A DNA stretch of 64,000 nucleotides from an uncultured Clostridium sp. (GTDB lineage: Bacteria; Bacillota_I; Bacilli_A; RF39; UBA660), in assembly GCA_946414595.1 (NCBI GenBank), contig CAMKPE010000004.1, positions 28,277 through 92,276 on the forward strand. Reading direction: 5' to 3'. Under the pieces are notes generated by a model. That model ran no database searches and was not told where the DNA came from. It was given only the letters and a program-made list of their open reading frames with translations. The translations under genes were made by a program, and so were the position numbers. Below are positions 1 through 9,366 of the stretch, in pieces; position 1 is the first letter of the stretch; every line of letters begins with the position of its first letter.

Positions 1-813
1 AAAGTATATAAATCAGTTGTTGATCAGAAATACTATATTGGATTAGATAAAGACATAATTGTTCCGATAGAGGGTAACTTGATACTATTTGGAATAGTAG
101 AAGGAACAATGACTACAACTGGAGCAAAATGTAAGTATACATGTAATACTCCACCAAAAACATTTACGAATGATGATAACTGTTACGCAAGATTCAAACC
201 AGCTGAAACATTAGCAATAAGAGATTATTGTAATGAAAACTGGGAAAAAGACGTAAATGATTATGATGATGCAGCACAATGTATTAGAATGTGTTCTAAT
301 AGATGTGATGAAGAGATTAAACGTGACTTAGAAAAAGTTACTGCATATTGTAGAACAAATTCTACAGCACTTGGATTCAGTAATGAAAATATATGTATTA
401 ATGCATGTTACAATGATGATCCAAGTCGTGGAAAAGATTATGTTTATAGACCAATAAATAATAGTAATCCATTCCCTAATTCATATGACAGTGAAGAACC
501 AAATGAAAAAGGAAAACGTCTTGTTGGAAGAAACTGGGCAGGATTTACTGATTACATCAAACATGATGATAACGACGAAACAAGTGTAACTGGAGTATAT
601 GCAAATCAACATGTTGAATATATAATTGATTTATCAGCTAGTGATATACAAGCAATTCAAGAAAATACAAAGAAGAATCAAAGAGATGGGGCTAATCCAT
701 ATATAGAATATGAATATACAAAAACTAGCGATAATATGAAGTATGTTAAAAAGTACGAAAGTAAATTTATACATGAAGAATTTGAAAATTTATTTAGAAA
801 AGATTTAACTTGA
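1..813 (+). CDS. 3' end of a large Cys-rich secreted protein, paralog of 919..4872; start lies upstream of the window
   Basis: Frame is open from base 1 (KVYKSVVDQKYYIGLD). It aligns with 4048..4872 and has the same ending (KYESKFIHEEFENLFRKDLT vs ...HEDFENLFRKDLT). Confidence 0.85.
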   Translation, partial: KVYKSVVDQKYYIGLDKDIIVPIEGNLILFGIVEGTMTTTGAKCKYTCNTPPKTFTNDDNCYARFKPAETLAIRDYCNENWEKDVNDYDDAAQCIRMCSNRCDEEIKRDLEKVTAYCRTNSTALGFSNENICINACYNDDPSRGKDYVYRPINNSNPFPNSYDSEEPNEKGKRLVGRNWAGFTDYIKHDDNDETSVTGVYANQHVEYIIDLSASDIQAIQENTKKNQRDGANPYIEYEYTKTSDNMKYVKKYESKFIHEEFENLFRKDLT

Positions 814-814
814 A

Positions 815-839
815 AAAGATGAAAATTTCATCTTTTTTT
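815..839 (+). terminator. Intrinsic terminator
   Basis: AAAAGATGAAA / TTTCATCTTTT inverted repeat with T-run right after the TGA stop. Confidence 0.75.
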
Positions 840-918
840 AATTAATTCCTAGAAAAAATATAATCATTGTAGTAAAATGTTATATAGAATAGGATAACAA
901 TAAAGTAGGGTGATTGTT

Positions 919-3900
919 ATGAAGAAATTCATACTTAAAACAACTTTTTTATTTTTGATATTTAGCTTTATACTACCTACATTAGTTATCGCATGGAGCG
1001 AGAATACTAATGGCGCATGGAAATATGCTTATGCGTATCAAATTTCAATAGTTAAATACGATGGAACTGGAACTCCAGAAACTATTGGAAAACCAATACT
1101 TGTATATCACCCTAATTTGATGCAAGACATACATGTTACTACTACTAATCCAATGCCCAAAAGTTATGATGATTTAACACAAAATGCTTGGGGATTTAGT
1201 CAAATGATTGATGAAAAAGAGGACAGTCATATCAGCGGTATATACTGGGTTGGAGAGGATCCTAACGATCCAGCGGCAGTAGTTGAAGATGCAGATAATA
1301 TAGAACAATTAAAATTGCTTGTTGACAAAGGTGAAAAAGAATTTGATACACATGAATTATATGAGCTAGCAAAAGATATGGTTGAAGATAAAAACTTAAC
1401 AGATCAAGCTACTGTATGTAATAAAGATAGATGTTGGATTTCTTGGTATGGAAAACAAAGGTTTGTAAATATTGATAAAACGTCAGAGGTAATAATACCA
1501 AGTTCTGTTTATCAAAGACCTACAAAAGATCCAGCTTCTGGTGGAACAGGATATATAAAATATACATATAGATTTACTACATCACAAAAAAGAATGACTT
1601 TCCGTGGAAGTGATGTAAGAACAAATCAGTATTATAAAACAATTAGTGATTCTAAGCTTACAGAAAATAATGTTAATAGTGGATATTTAGAGACACTAGT
1701 AAAAACATATGCTGGAAGCGTAAAAAAAATAAAAGATAATTTTGGAATAGATATAGATTATAAGGATATAGATAAATACTATGTATCTGTTGAACCAGTT
1801 CAAAGAGTTTTAGATGGTGTTAAACAAGAATATGGATCATATTATATAGATAATTTCGAAAAAATAATAAAACAGGAAATGTATTTTACATCAAGTGATT
1901 GGAGAGCAATTTCTAGATCTTGTAATAGTGAATATACTCAAAAAATAAATGAATATTTCTATTATATTTCTAATAAAGTAGATTCTGAATTGTGCACTAA
2001 AAAAACTGAAGGAGCAAAATCCATAACAGACGGCCAATCTTATTTCTGGCATAGTGGCAATTGTTATAATTGGAGAGAAAGGCTATGTAGAGGATACCAA
2101 CTAACATACTTCTTCCCAGGAGAAAAACTTATTAAAGAATTATATGGAAGATATGCAGACGGATATAGTCATTTAGAAACATCAAGAAAACTTGGATCAG
2201 GAGCAGTATATCTAAACCGAGCAGTTGACTATTGTAATGAAGAGAAAAATAGACATTGTCAGTTAGAAGAAGATAATAAAACATGTAAAAAAGATAGAAA
2301 TGGAAATATAATATATGAATACTATGTTGGACCTGATAGAGACAAAGGAATAACAGGAACACAAAACGGAAGTTATTATAAATTAAATGGAGCATGTTAT
2401 AGTGGAACAGGAACAACAGGAATTAAAAACTACTTCTTACCAACACTATTAGATTGCCCTGAGGTGTGTGCGCCATCAGGAAATAAAGATAGTGATGGAT
2501 TCCTAGCGTGTGCAGAAAACTATTGTGATGCAGAAGTAGACTTCAATAGAAAAGGAAGCCCACAAAAAGCAAAAGAAGCCTGTATTTTAACATGTGGATA
2601 TAAAGGAACAGAAACAAACTGTGAAACAAGTAGTCCATATAAAAATGTAAGTGAAGTAATGGGAAATGGAACAACAACATGTAATGTAAATAATGATGGA
2701 ACAGGAACAAAAAAAGGAATAATAAAAACATGTAGCGGAGATAGAATAAACTCATTTGATGGAGATGATACAAATGACACTCCATTTGATATAAGAAGCT
2801 ATATAACAGTAGCGTGTTTAGAAACAAGTGAGTTCAAATATCAAGATACAAGAGAAATATCACTAAAAAGTGGAACAGGGCTTGATTACCATGTTGATTT
2901 AAATGGGAACAAAACATGTCAAGCGTATTTCAACGAAGATCAATGGAAGTTTGATTATGCGACAATATCAAGAAAAGATCCAGATAGAAGAAAAAGATTA
3001 AATTATATAAAAGAAGTATTTAATAATATGCTAAGCCCAAATTATGATAAAACAAAGAGCACATATTATGATCCGGACTTTGCAGAGCAAGGAGATGGAG
3101 AAATAGATTGGAATAGTTACTTGTATGATACAAGTAAGGTATCAGTAAAATCGCAAGTAACAGAGACAATATTTGGTGAAAAAAAGAAAAGTGCCTTAGA
3201 GGCACTAGAAAAGACACAAGAAATTGGGAAAGCAACAAATTCAATAATTCAAAATCAAGTTGTAAAGAAAATAACAAACAATAGAATAACAAATGAACCA
3301 ATAAATAGATATGAACAGATAAGTACAACAAAAGCGACATATCAATTTAATAAAAGATGTGTAAGTACAGATGGAAATGCGACAGTAAAAATAACGACAT
3401 CGGATATTTGTTATCAAGCAAAAGATGAAAACGGAATAGTAACACCAACAAAACCTCAAAATGTTTATTACACAAATTTAAAAGCATTAGGGAAAAATAA
3501 AATAGATACATATGCAAATATAGGAAAAGAAAAGAAAGATGAAAATTACTATTACGACGTAAGTGAAGCATGTACTTTCAACGTAACACAAGACCCAACC
3601 ACCCCAAATATTGATATAATAGAAGATTTATCATGCGATATAAAAATAGAACCAGTAGGTACTACACAGGCATGGGGAAATGGTATCTATTATGGAGGAG
3701 ATGTTTTAGTAACAATAATACCATATGATGGTTTGGGAGCAAATGATGGAATATCAGGATATACATTAAAAGTAAGAGGAACAACATATGATGGAAAATC
3801 AAGACAAATAGGAATATCTGATAAGAAGTTAGCTCTAGAGACAATAGATATAGAAGGAACAGTAATAAGTTCAAAAGGGAAAACTGTAACTTGTCCTAAA

Positions 3901-4872
3901 ACAATATATATGAACAATCCTGATTCAAATTGTGGAGTAAAATGTAATTTAAGAAAAATAAATGATAGATTGTATGAATTACAGTCAACAGGACCACAAA
4001 CACCAAGAGCATACTATAGAGCATTATCAATAGATATGACTCAAAGAAAAGTATATAAATCAATAGTTGATCAAAAGTATTATATTGGACTTGATCAAAG
4101 TATAACAGTGCCTATTGAAGGAAATCTAATACTATTTGGAATAGTAGAAGGAACAATGTTAACAAATGGTCAAGTATGTAAAAATACATGTAATACACCA
4201 CCTCCAACATTAAAAAGTTGTTATGCATTATATAAACCAGCAGAAACACTAGCAATAAGAGATTATTGTAACGAGAACTGGGAGGAAGATGTAAACGATT
4301 ATGAAAATGCAGCACAATGTATAAGAATGTGTTCAAATAGATGCGATGAAGAAATAAAACGTGATTTAGATAAAGTAGTCGCATACTGTAGAACAAATTA
4401 TACTTCATTAGGATTTGGAAATGAAAGAATATGTATAAATACATGTTACAATGAAAATCCAAGTGATGATGAATTAACTGGCTTAAATGGAAAAACATTT
4501 ATTTATAGACCAATAAATAATAGTAATCCATTCCCTAATTCATATGATACAGAAGAACCATATGAAAAAGGAAAAAGAACTGTAGGAGCAAACTGGACGG
4601 GATTAACAGATTACATCAAGCATGATGATGAAGATGTTACAAGTGTAACAGGAGTATATGCAAATCAACATGTAGAATACATAATTGATTTATCAGCAAG
4701 TGATATTAAAAAAATACAAGAAGATACAGAAAAAAATCAAAGAGATAAATCAAATCCATATGTAGAATATGAATATAAAAAGTCTAATGATAATTCAAAA
4801 TATGTTAAGAAATATGAAAGTAAATTTATACATGAAGACTTTGAAAATTTATTTAGAAAAGATTTAACTTAA
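919..4872 (+). CDS. Giant (~1317 aa) Cys-rich secreted/surface protein of unknown function
   Basis: ATG 919 after GGGTG RBS. Sec signal peptide MKKFILK...LVIA. Many CxxxC motifs (CAENYC, CILTC, CIRMC, CINTC). No LPxTG or C-terminal TM segment seen. Confidence 0.85.
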   Translation: MKKFILKTTFLFLIFSFILPTLVIAWSENTNGAWKYAYAYQISIVKYDGTGTPETIGKPILVYHPNLMQDIHVTTTNPMPKSYDDLTQNAWGFSQMIDEKEDSHISGIYWVGEDPNDPAAVVEDADNIEQLKLLVDKGEKEFDTHELYELAKDMVEDKNLTDQATVCNKDRCWISWYGKQRFVNIDKTSEVIIPSSVYQRPTKDPASGGTGYIKYTYRFTTSQKRMTFRGSDVRTNQYYKTISDSKLTENNVNSGYLETLVKTYAGSVKKIKDNFGIDIDYKDIDKYYVSVEPVQRVLDGVKQEYGSYYIDNFEKIIKQEMYFTSSDWRAISRSCNSEYTQKINEYFYYISNKVDSELCTKKTEGAKSITDGQSYFWHSGNCYNWRERLCRGYQLTYFFPGEKLIKELYGRYADGYSHLETSRKLGSGAVYLNRAVDYCNEEKNRHCQLEEDNKTCKKDRNGNIIYEYYVGPDRDKGITGTQNGSYYKLNGACYSGTGTTGIKNYFLPTLLDCPEVCAPSGNKDSDGFLACAENYCDAEVDFNRKGSPQKAKEACILTCGYKGTETNCETSSPYKNVSEVMGNGTTTCNVNNDGTGTKKGIIKTCSGDRINSFDGDDTNDTPFDIRSYITVACLETSEFKYQDTREISLKSGTGLDYHVDLNGNKTCQAYFNEDQWKFDYATISRKDPDRRKRLNYIKEVFNNMLSPNYDKTKSTYYDPDFAEQGDGEIDWNSYLYDTSKVSVKSQVTETIFGEKKKSALEALEKTQEIGKATNSIIQNQVVKKITNNRITNEPINRYEQISTTKATYQFNKRCVSTDGNATVKITTSDICYQAKDENGIVTPTKPQNVYYTNLKALGKNKIDTYANIGKEKKDENYYYDVSEACTFNVTQDPTTPNIDIIEDLSCDIKIEPVGTTQAWGNGIYYGGDVLVTIIPYDGLGANDGISGYTLKVRGTTYDGKSRQIGISDKKLALETIDIEGTVISSKGKTVTCPKTIYMNNPDSNCGVKCNLRKINDRLYELQSTGPQTPRAYYRALSIDMTQRKVYKSIVDQKYYIGLDQSITVPIEGNLILFGIVEGTMLTNGQVCKNTCNTPPPTLKSCYALYKPAETLAIRDYCNENWEEDVNDYENAAQCIRMCSNRCDEEIKRDLDKVVAYCRTNYTSLGFGNERICINTCYNENPSDDELTGLNGKTFIYRPINNSNPFPNSYDTEEPYEKGKRTVGANWTGLTDYIKHDDEDVTSVTGVYANQHVEYIIDLSASDIKKIQEDTEKNQRDKSNPYVEYEYKKSNDNSKYVKKYESKFIHEDFENLFRKDLT

Positions 4873-4945
4873 AAGAATGTTTAAAAACATTCTTTTTCTT
4901 TTTTAATAATTGTTATATAATATAAATGCCTAAGGAGGGATTGTA

Positions 4946-5281
4946 ATGAGTATTAAAATAGATAGATTAAACAGTACTTTTGCTAGAGAGATAAGTCAAA
5001 TATTACAAAATGAAATTAAAGATCCTAATATCAAATTTGTTACAGTTACAGGATGTGAAATTACAAATGATTTAAGTTTCTGCAAAGTTTTTGTTACTGT
5101 ATTTGATAATGATAAGAAAAAAGAAATAATGAAAGCTTTAGATGGAGCCAAAAGTTTTATTAGAGGACAATTAAGTCAAAGAGTAGAAATAAGACATACT
5201 CCAGAGTTAAGATTTGTTTTTGATGAATCAATTGAATATGGAAATAAAATAGAAAAGATAATAGAGAGTTTACACCAGTAG
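4946..5281 (+). CDS. rbfA: Ribosome-binding factor A
   Basis: IKDP..FVTVT, DLSFCKVFV and RHTPELRFVFDES motifs. Confidence 0.97.
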   Translation: MSIKIDRLNSTFAREISQILQNEIKDPNIKFVTVTGCEITNDLSFCKVFVTVFDNDKKKEIMKALDGAKSFIRGQLSQRVEIRHTPELRFVFDESIEYGNKIEKIIESLHQ

Positions 5282-5286
5282 GGCAT

Positions 5287-5315
5287 TTGACTCTCTTTCT
5301 TTTTTGTGTTATAAT
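5287..5315 (+). promoter_or_regulatory. Near-consensus sigmaA promoter
   Basis: TTGACT-N17-TATAAT with extended -10 TG. Confidence 0.75.
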
Positions 5316-5418
5316 TTAATTAGATTAGAGGTAGAGTATTAATTAAAAGTACTTTACACACTGTACTGACAATTTTCGAGAAACCACTATCTTTTTATAA
5401 GATTGTGTGTTATATTAA

Positions 5419-5584
5419 AAATGTCTAATAGATAGAGCTTTTTTTAAAACCGACTAAGTTACGATACGGGAGTTCGGATCAGATACCGGTGTTGAATGCT
5501 CACATTTATGTGAGAATCCTAAAGGTTGAGTATGAACACCCACCTGCAATAAGCGGGTTTTGTCGTCTCGTCTTTAGACATTTT
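5419..5584 (+). ncRNA. ssrS: 6S RNA
   Basis: Closing stem AAATGTCTAA.AGA / TCT.TTAGACATTT. Contains GGGAG and AACACCCACCTGC...GCGGGTT typical of Firmicutes 6S. TGnTATATT promoter at 5407-5416. Lies upstream of tcdA, as bsrA does upstream of yrvM in B. subtilis. Confidence 0.85.
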
Positions 5585-5609
5585 TTTTTGCACTTTTTTA
5601 GGAGGTATT

Positions 5610-6290
5610 ATGTTTGATAGATTAGAGTTATTAATTGGTAAAGAAAATCTCGAAAAAATAGGCAACACTAAAGTCTTAGTAGTAGGAGTTGGTGGTGTTG
5701 GTGGCGAATGTGTATTATCTCTTATTAGAAGTGGAATTAAAGATATTTGTATAATAGATTTTGATAAGGTTGATATATCAAACATTAATAGACAAGTAGT
5801 AGCGTTTCAATCAACTATTGGAAAAGATAAAGTAGATGTTTTAGAAAATATTATTTTAGATATTAATAAAGAAGTAAAAGTATCTAAATATAAAGTATTC
5901 TTAGATGAAAATAATATTAATGAAATACTTACAAAAGAAAAACCAGATATTGTTTTAGATTGTTGTGATTCAAAAGATACTAAGAAAGCAATTATTAGAG
6001 AATGTATTGCTAATAATATAGAGTTTATTTCATCTATGGGAACAGGTAATAAGCTTGATCCAACGAAGCTTGAAATAGTAGATATTAGAAAGACAAATAA
6101 TGATCCAATGGCTAGAATATTTAGAAAATGGGTTAAAGATGAAAGAATAAATAAAAAGATTCCAGTATTATGTTCAAAAGAAGTTCCAATACATACTGGA
6201 AAAGTAGTAGCATCAAATTCTTTTGTACCTAATAGTGCTGGATTATTAATAGCAAGTTATGTGATTAGAAAGATTATAGGAAAATACTAG
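5610..6290 (+). CDS. tcdA: tRNA threonylcarbamoyladenosine dehydratase (ThiF family)
   Basis: GVGGVG, DFDKVDISNINRQ and SSMGTGNKLDP motifs. Confidence 0.92.
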   Translation: MFDRLELLIGKENLEKIGNTKVLVVGVGGVGGECVLSLIRSGIKDICIIDFDKVDISNINRQVVAFQSTIGKDKVDVLENIILDINKEVKVSKYKVFLDENNINEILTKEKPDIVLDCCDSKDTKKAIIRECIANNIEFISSMGTGNKLDPTKLEIVDIRKTNNDPMARIFRKWVKDERINKKIPVLCSKEVPIHTGKVVASNSFVPNSAGLLIASYVIRKIIGKY

Positions 6291-6339
6291 TATTTTCCTT
6301 TTTATTTTGTTATAATATTTCGCAAGTTCGGTGAAATAT

Positions 6340-7200
6340 ATGGAAAAAACAAAGATTGATATTTTAAGACATTTTTATATAACTAGTTATGCTGAATTAA
6401 AAGAAAAAAGGAAGAACTTAAAATTTGATTTGTTAAGAGATTATACTGATCCTTTAGTTATTAAAAGAATTCAGGATGCAACTGTTAACTTACCAATGTT
6501 TGATGGGCCTTTAATTTTTTGTGAGGCTAAAAATTCATATATTATTACACTTGCTGACTTATTAAGCAACATAGGTGATGATGATATACAAGGGTTCTTT
6601 GTTAATGCTCATAATAATACAGTTCTTACTTATGTTGATGATTTATTATTTGGTGAATCAAAAGCCAAGATAATTAGAACCGGGGATAAATTAATATATC
6701 AAGTATGTTTACCAAATAGAGAAAAGACTTCAAATTTATCTTATGCTGTTATTACTCATGAGTTATCTCATTATACGTTAACAAATGATGATAGACCTAA
6801 AGAAGCATTTGAATATAGTGAAGCATTACCAATGTATTTCGAATATTTAACATATAATGAAGCATGTGATAATGGATATCATTTCTTTATAAACAATAGA
6901 CTTGCATCATTAAATGATGATTATAAAGACTTAAAAGATGATTTAGAATTTGCAGGAAAGCCTAGTATATTAGGAATAGATCCAAACTATTATCAAGAAT
7001 ATCTTGCTAAAGGAAACTGTTATTTAGAAAGCTTAGAATATGCTTTAAATTTAATTGATAGAGCTAGTGAAGATAAAAAGGCAGTATATGAATCAATTAG
7101 AAAGATTCTTCTTGGAGAAAGTACATGTCTTGAAGAAGGTAAGGTATTAGATATTGATACATCAAGATATGATAAATTACAAAAAATATTAAAAATATAA
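6340..7200 (+). CDS. Orphan cytoplasmic protein, putative gluzincin-type Zn metallopeptidase
   Basis: HELSH followed by a downstream E (YSEALP). No signal peptide. Has its own TGnTATAAT promoter. Confidence 0.55.
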   Translation: MEKTKIDILRHFYITSYAELKEKRKNLKFDLLRDYTDPLVIKRIQDATVNLPMFDGPLIFCEAKNSYIITLADLLSNIGDDDIQGFFVNAHNNTVLTYVDDLLFGESKAKIIRTGDKLIYQVCLPNREKTSNLSYAVITHELSHYTLTNDDRPKEAFEYSEALPMYFEYLTYNEACDNGYHFFINNRLASLNDDYKDLKDDLEFAGKPSILGIDPNYYQEYLAKGNCYLESLEYALNLIDRASEDKKAVYESIRKILLGESTCLEEGKVLDIDTSRYDKLQKILKI

Positions 7201-7219
7201 AAGTGTTAACATTTTTATG

Positions 7220-7249
7220 TTGACATTAAATATAAAAGTATTATATAAT
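7220..7249 (+). promoter_or_regulatory. sigmaA promoter of rpsP-khpA
   Basis: TTGACA-N18-TATAAT. Confidence 0.7.
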
Positions 7250-7278
7250 CTATATGAAATGGAAACGGAGGTATAGTT

Positions 7279-7548
7279 ATGGCAGTAAGAATTAGATTAA
7301 CTAGAATGGGATCAAGAAACAAACCTGTATATAGAATTGTTGCTAGTGATTCTAGAAGACCAAGAGATGGTCAATATATAGAACAAATTGGAACATATAA
7401 TCCAGCTATAGATGAAGTTAAAGTTAATGAAGAAGTTGCAATGAAATGGTTAAGCCAAGGAGCTCTTCCTACTGATACAGCAAGAAGCTTATTAAGTAAA
7501 AAAGGTGTTATGGCAAAATTTGCAGAATCTAAAAAAGGAAATAAGTAA
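7279..7548 (+). CDS. rpsP: 30S ribosomal protein S16
   Basis: [11 protein letters not shown]...[14 protein letters not shown]. Confidence 0.98.
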   Translation: MAVRIRLTRMGSRNKPVYRIVASDSRRPRDGQYIEQIGTYNPAIDEVKVNEEVAMKWLSQGALPTDTARSLLSKKGVMAKFAESKKGNK

Positions 7549-7550
7549 TT

Positions 7551-7799
7551 ATGAGTTTAGTAGAATTAACAAAAGAGATTGTAACTAATTTAGTAACAAA
7601 TAAGGAAAGCGTTGAAGTAAAAGAGTTTGAAAGCGATGAAGAAAATACTATCCTTATTCAAGTAATGGTAGATGCATCTGATATCGGTAAGGTTATTGGT
7701 AAAGAAGGAAAATGTGCTAAAGCCTTAAGAACTTTAGTTCAAGCAAGTAGTTATTTAAAAGATAATAAAAAAGTAAAAATTAATATAGATAGTTTTTAA
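7551..7799 (+). CDS. khpA: KH-domain RNA-binding protein
   Basis: DIGKVIGKEG motif; follows rpsP. Confidence 0.93.
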   Translation: MSLVELTKEIVTNLVTNKESVEVKEFESDEENTILIQVMVDASDIGKVIGKEGKCAKALRTLVQASSYLKDNKKVKINIDSF

Positions 7800-7866
7800 G
7801 ACCAAATGGTCTTTTTTTATTTGATAAAAGTATAAAAGTATTCTATAATTAATACTAGGTGGTATT

Positions 7867-8571
7867 ATGGATGAAATGGTTATACCAAAGCATGTTGGAA
7901 TCATCATGGATGGTAATGGCCGTTGGGCTAAAAAAAGAGGTTTAAACAGAAGTTTTGGGCATAAAAAAGGTGCCGAAAACTTAGAAAAACTATTAATGCA
8001 TATTTACGAAAGAGGAGTTAAATATGTTAGTGTTTATGCCTTTTCAACAGAGAATTTTAATAGAAGTAATGATGAAGTTAAATTCTTGATGGATTTGTTT
8101 GTTAAATATATTTCTAAGAAAACAAAAACATTTGTTAAAAATGATTTAAAAGTAGTATTCTCTGGTAGTAAAAATAACCTAAGAGATGATGTGTTAAATA
8201 GTATGGCTAAGTTAGAGTCTGCTACAGAAGACTGTAAGACAGGTGTGTTTAATATCTGCTTAAATTATGGTGGAAGACTTGAAATAGTTGATGCTGTTAA
8301 AGAAATATCAAAAAAAGTCAAAGAAGGAAAATTAGAGATAGATGATATTAATGAAGAATTATTTAGTCATTATATGTATCAAGATTTACCTGATTTAGAT
8401 TTTGTAATTAGAACTAGTGGAGAGTTAAGAATTAGTAACTTTATGCTATGGCAATCTAGTTATGCTGAATATTATTTTCCAGATACATTATTCCCTGATT
8501 TTGATGGAAAAGAATTTGATAAAGCTCTTGAAGAGTTTAATAAAAGAAATAGAAGGTTTGGTGGAGTATGA
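7867..8571 (+). CDS. uppS: Undecaprenyl diphosphate synthase
   Basis: HVGIIMDGNGRWA, YAFSTEN and RTSGELRISNF motifs. Confidence 0.97.
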   Translation: MDEMVIPKHVGIIMDGNGRWAKKRGLNRSFGHKKGAENLEKLLMHIYERGVKYVSVYAFSTENFNRSNDEVKFLMDLFVKYISKKTKTFVKNDLKVVFSGSKNNLRDDVLNSMAKLESATEDCKTGVFNICLNYGGRLEIVDAVKEISKKVKEGKLEIDDINEELFSHYMYQDLPDLDFVIRTSGELRISNFMLWQSSYAEYYFPDTLFPDFDGKEFDKALEEFNKRNRRFGGV

Positions 8572-9356
8572 AAAAGCAAAGTTTTTTAGAAATTGTTGTA
8601 TTAATAATACTATTTGTTAGTTCATTGTTATTTGGAAGATTACCATTTGCAATGTGTATGGCATTATTTGCAGTATTATCATTAAGAGAGATCTTATTAA
8701 TTAGGGGAAGTAATAAAGTACCAATAGAATTAGAATTACTTGCATATATTCTTGTAGTATTCTTTACAATGAATAACTTAAGTGCAGATGTAGCATTTTA
8801 CTTCTTAGATTATAGATTAATGGCAGCATTAATAATAATCGATATGTTACCTTTAGTTCTAATTAATAATAAGAATAAATATAATTCAAATGATGCATTA
8901 TATTTAATAGGTTCAACAATGTTTATTGGTTTAACTTTTAACTTAATTGTATTATTTAGAAGTTATAATTTTAATTATGTAATATATATTTTCTTAATAG
9001 CTTTCTGTACAGATTTATTTGCATTTATTACAGGAAAGTATATAGGACAGCATAACTTTTTCCCTTCTATATCACCAAAGAAGACTTTTGAAGGTGCTGT
9101 TGGTGGTTTGGTAATGGGAACTATAATTCCAGTATTATATTTTATTAGTACTGTTAAAACAGCTCTTCCTATTTATGCAATTGTATTAATTACTACAGGA
9201 TTATCTGTTTTAGGACAATTTGGAGATTTAGTATTCTCATTTATTAAAAGAGAATATGGTAAGAAAGACTTTATAAAAGGTGGAGGAATTCTAGATATAT
9301 TAGATAGTATTATATTTATATCTTTAGCATTTGTATTAGTTATTTCAGTTATATAG
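8568..9356 (+). CDS. cdsA: Phosphatidate cytidylyltransferase with a divergent signature
   Basis: Polytopic membrane protein with SPKKTFEG and GDL..S.IKR. Lies between uppS and rseP. The PGHGG segment is altered. Confidence 0.85.
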   Translation: MKKQSFLEIVVLIILFVSSLLFGRLPFAMCMALFAVLSLREILLIRGSNKVPIELELLAYILVVFFTMNNLSADVAFYFLDYRLMAALIIIDMLPLVLINNKNKYNSNDALYLIGSTMFIGLTFNLIVLFRSYNFNYVIYIFLIAFCTDLFAFITGKYIGQHNFFPSISPKKTFEGAVGGLVMGTIIPVLYFISTVKTALPIYAIVLITTGLSVLGQFGDLVFSFIKREYGKKDFIKGGGILDILDSIIFISLAFVLVISVI

Positions 9357-9366
9357 GAGGGTATAT

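Noticed and set aside
1-813. Repeat of 4048..4872 as a DGR template/variable pair
   Set aside because: Differences are largely synonymous, involve all bases and include indels. Both copies are coding, which fits ordinary paralogy.
2132-4498. Several minus-strand ORFs inside the giant gene
   Set aside because: Leu/Phe/Tyr-rich shadows of an A-rich sense strand with no RBS or motifs. The same applies to the other short antisense or overlapping ORFs in the track.
5360-5390. CTGACAA...GAAAC as a hammerhead ribozyme core
   Set aside because: The core deviates from CUGANGA and stems I-III cannot be built convincingly.
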